A DNA stretch of 64,000 nt from an uncultured delta proteobacterium (GTDB lineage: Bacteria > Desulfobacterota > GWC2-55-46), in NCBI GenBank assembly GCA_963727865.1, contig CAVSHY010000026.1:54327-118326 (forward strand), in the 5' to 3' direction. Position numbers and translations under genes: made by a program. Each line of letters opens with the position of its first letter. Position 1 is the stretch's first letter. Below, one piece after another: positions 60,758 through 64,000 of the stretch. The notes under the pieces were generated by a model. That model searched no databases, was not told where the DNA came from, and was given only the letters and a program-made list of their open reading frames with translations.

Positions 60758-60973
60758 GAATATCCCTTTTTCGACTTTTGTTATCTCTTGATCAATACCC
60801 GTTAGTTTAACCTAAAAATAATAACAAATAGAAGGCCGAAATCAAAGGTTTTAATAAGAACAAATCAAAATCCTATTTTTGTTTGAAAAATGGTATACCT
60901 TATATGTTAGAAGTTCTATTTTAAGGAGAATTTTATAAAAAATGGGGACTGAAAGGGGAACTGACAGGGGGTA

Positions 60974-63558
60974 ATGACTGAAAGATACGATCATAAAGCG
61001 ATTGAGGCCCGATGGCAGGGGATCTGGGAAAAAGATAAGGCCTTTAACACCGTACCCTCTGACAGGCCAAAGTACTATGTGCTTGAGATGTTTCCGTACC
61101 CGTCGGGGAAGATTCACATGGGTCATGTCAGGAATTACTCGATCGGGGACGTAATTTCACGGTTCCTGAGGATGAAGGGTAAGAACGTGCTCCATCCCAT
61201 GGGCTGGGATTCGTTCGGACTTCCCGCGGAGAACGCTGCGATCCAACACGGTATACACCCCGCCAAATGGACTTACGAGAATATTGATTACATGAAAAAG
61301 CAGCTTAAGCGAATGGGTTTAAGCTATGACTGGGGCAGGGAGATAGCGACATGCTCCCCCGACTATTATAAATGGAACCAGTGGATTTTCCTTAAGTTCT
61401 TTGAAACGGGGCTGGCTTACAAGAAACGCTCCTCCGTCAACTGGTGCCCGAAGTGCGGAACGGTCCTGGCGAATGAGCAGGTTGAGGGGGGTCTTTGCTG
61501 GAGGTGCGATTCTGCCGTTGAAATGAAGGAACTTGAACAATGGTTCTTCAGGATTACGGCATTTGCGGAAGAACTCCTTCAGTATACGGAGAAGATGCCC
61601 GGCTGGCCTGAAAAGGTCCTTATCATGCAAAGGAACTGGATAGGGAAAAGCACGGGCGCGGAAGTTTTTTTCAAGGTTGACGGGTCTTCCGAGGTAATAA
61701 GGGTCTTCACTACGAGGCCGGATACCCTTTACGGGGTTACCTTCATGAGCCTCGCCCCGGGCCATCCGGCTCTTGAAAAGATCTTAACCGCCGACAGACG
61801 CGCCGAAGTGGAGAGGTTTATAGCGAAGGTCAAGGGCGAGGCGAAAAACCAGAGAAGCCTTGAAGAGCAGGAGAAAGAGGGTGTTTTTACGGGCGCCTTT
61901 TGCGTAAACCCGCTGACGGGGGCGAAGTCGCCGGTATATGTGGCGAATTTCGTCCTTATGGAATACGGTACCGGCGCCGTAATGGCCGTACCCGCCCATG
62001 ACCAGCGCGATTTTGAATTCGCCAGGGCCTATAAACTTCCTGTTTCTGTCGTGATAAACCCTCCGGGTGAAACACTTGACCCGTCGGCAATGGAGAAGGC
62101 CTATGTGGAAGAAGGCGTGATGGTCAATTCAGGCCCCTTTAACGGCATGAAAAACACAGACGCGATAGAAGCTATAGTTCGCCTCATAGAGGAGAAAAAG
62201 GCGGGGAAAAAATCCGTAAATTATAAGCTCAGGGACTGGGGTATCTCCAGGCAGAGGTACTGGGGCTGCCCCATACCGGTCATCTACTGCGATTCCTGCG
62301 GGGTCGTGCCCGTACCGTATGAAGACCTGCCGGTAATACTCCCGGAAGATGTGAACCTTACCGGTAAGGGGCTCTCACCTCTGTCAACGGCAGGGGATTT
62401 TGTCAAAGTCAAGTGCCCGCGGTGCGGTAAACCCGGAAGGCGCGAAACCGATACCATGGATACGTTCGTGGACTCGTCATGGTATTTTCTTAGATTTCTC
62501 TCCCCGAAAGAGACGAAGCTGCCGGTTAATAGGGAAGACGCGGAGCGCTGGATGCCTGTCGACCAGTATATCGGGGGGATAGAACACGCGGTGCTGCACC
62601 TCCTTTACGCGAGGTTTTTTACCAAGGCGTTAAGAGGCCTCAAGCTTCATGATTTTGACGAGCCTTTCAAGAATTTATTGACCCAGGGGATGGTCTGCAA
62701 GGAGACTGTGAAATGTCCGGAACATGGATTTCTTTTTCCCGAGGAGGCAAAGGACGGCAAATGCGCCCACTGCGGGGCGAAAGTGGAATTCGGGGCCGTG
62801 GAGAAGATGTCGAAATCCAAGAAGAATGTCGTTGACCCGGATAATATTATCGATAAGTACGGCGCCGATACGACAAGGCTATTTTCCCTTTTTGCCGCCC
62901 CGCCGGAAAAGGACCTTGACTGGAGCGAGGAAGGCGTGGAGGGGGCTTACAGGTTTTTAGGAAGGGTCTGGCGCCTGGTGGTGGGGAATATCGAGTCCCC
63001 TCAGGGACGAGCAGCCCGTATGCCCCGGATAAAGACGGGCCGCTCGAAGGGTATTTGAAAGAAATCCACGGCGCTACGCACAGGACCATAAAAAAGGTTA
63101 CGCAGGACATAGAGGAGCGCTTTCATTTCAATACCGCCATAAGTTCGATAATGGAGCTTGTTAACGCTCTCTACCAGTTCCATCTCCCGGATGGAGAGGG
63201 TAAGGGGACCGGGTTAAAGGTCTTTAGAGAGGCTGTGGATGCCGTGGTGCACCTCATATCCCCCTTCGCCCCCCACATATCCGAAGAACTGTGGATCAAG
63301 CTCGGCAACACGGTACCGGTCTATAAGACCCCCTGGCCCGGGGTCAATGATAATGCCCTGGTCAGGGAAGAAGTGACGCTGATAGTCCAGATAAACGGTA
63401 AGGTACGAAGTAAGATTAACGCGCCAGCCGATTCGGCGGAAGAGTTTGTCCGGGGACTTGTAATGAAGGATGAGAAAACCCTTGAATGGGTAAAGGATAA
63501 GACGATAAAAAAATTTATTTATGTTCCAAACAGGATCGTAAATATGGTGGTTTCCTGA
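60974..63558 (+). CDS. leuS: Leucine--tRNA ligase, interrupted by one frameshift as assembled
   Basis: It has the HIGH (HMGHVRNY) and KMSKS motifs. ORFs 60974-63058 and 63055-63558 are contiguous LeuRS sequence in frames differing by -1. Confidence 0.88.
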
Positions 63559-64000
63559 TGCCGGTAAAAAAGACTTTCAATGCCTGGCTCATATTTTTAT
63601 CGCTTTTCCAGGTCCTTTTTGCCCTCTCCGGGTGCGGTTACCATATCGCGGGCAAGGGTTTGGCGATGCCATGGGGGGTCACCTCCATGTCGATACCGGT
63701 CTTTGAAAATGACACCGCCAAGCCCGACATAGAAGGAACAGTGACCTCGGCATTTGTAAATGAGTTTGTAAATACGGTCCGGTTATCCGGTAAAGGGGAT
63801 GCTATATTGAAAGGCGTTATTAAATCATACAGCCTCGCTCCGATATCTTTCGCTAACATCGACGTCATCCAGCAGTACAGGCTCACGGTGGTGATTTCAC
63901 TGAAGGTCGTTCAGGAAGATACCGGGAAGGTATTATGGGAGAACGATATATCAAGGAATGAGGACTATACCGTTAATCCGTCAAGTATCCTGGCGACAAG
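63558..64000 (+). CDS. lptE: LPS-assembly lipoprotein LptE, 5' part (continues beyond window)
   Basis: The frame is open to the window end, which is why it is absent from the ORF track. It has the lipobox LSGC followed by GYHIAG. The ATG overlaps the leuS stop, and the leuS-lptE order is conserved. Confidence 0.7.
   Translation, partial: MPVKKTFNAWLIFLSLFQVLFALSGCGYHIAGKGLAMPWGVTSMSIPVFENDTAKPDIEGTVTSAFVNEFVNTVRLSGKGDAILKGVIKSYSLAPISFANIDVIQQYRLTVVISLKVVQEDTGKVLWENDISRNEDYTVNPSSILAT

Overview
This is mostly conserved core genome of a diderm (LPS-making) bacterium with roughly balanced GC and frequent AGG/AGA and ATA codons. I cannot name the taxon.

Plus-strand block (about 4.5-42.5 kb):
- rimP-nusA-ylxR-infB-DUF503-rbfA-nrnA-truB-rpsO-pnp-M16 peptidase.
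- An orphan OmpR-type regulator.
- A glcD/glcF-like oxidase pair.
- A disrupted GH57 glucanotransferase.
- kdsC-lptC-lptA-lptB-rpoN-hpf-ptsN-hprK-rapZ, running straight into a complete mannose-family PTS (EIIA/B/C/D), ptsH and ptsI.
- metK-ahcY, then cheA-cheW-cheB(pseudogene), bamD and a TPR protein.

Minus-strand block (42.5-56 kb): alaS, recX, pilT, recA, thpR, pncC, pgpA, rodA, mrdA, mreD, mreC, mreB.

Final plus-strand block: ppiD, proS, a TlpA-like redoxin (minus strand), leuS and the start of lptE.

I found no rRNA, tRNA, CRISPR array, transposase, integrase or obvious defence or toxin genes.

Three things are not explained by ordinary annotation:
1. A modular, hairpin-rich intergenic repeat family has 4 long and 3 short copies in the window. 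Two long copies supply the stop codon of the upstream gene, and the long copies are co-oriented with transcription.
2. Seven gene-disrupting lesions fall in five genes. Three of those genes are normally essential (mrdA, proS, leuS), which points to assembly errors. cheB instead carries an amber codon plus an exact 14-bp tandem duplication and looks genuinely dead.
3. The intergenic spacers carry structured or G-rich elements. These include a promoter plus intrinsic terminator in the rimP leader, paired TCCT-loop hairpins, G8 tracts and a canonical G4 motif.

I see no convincing novel protein-based system. The repeat family is the best candidate for something undescribed.
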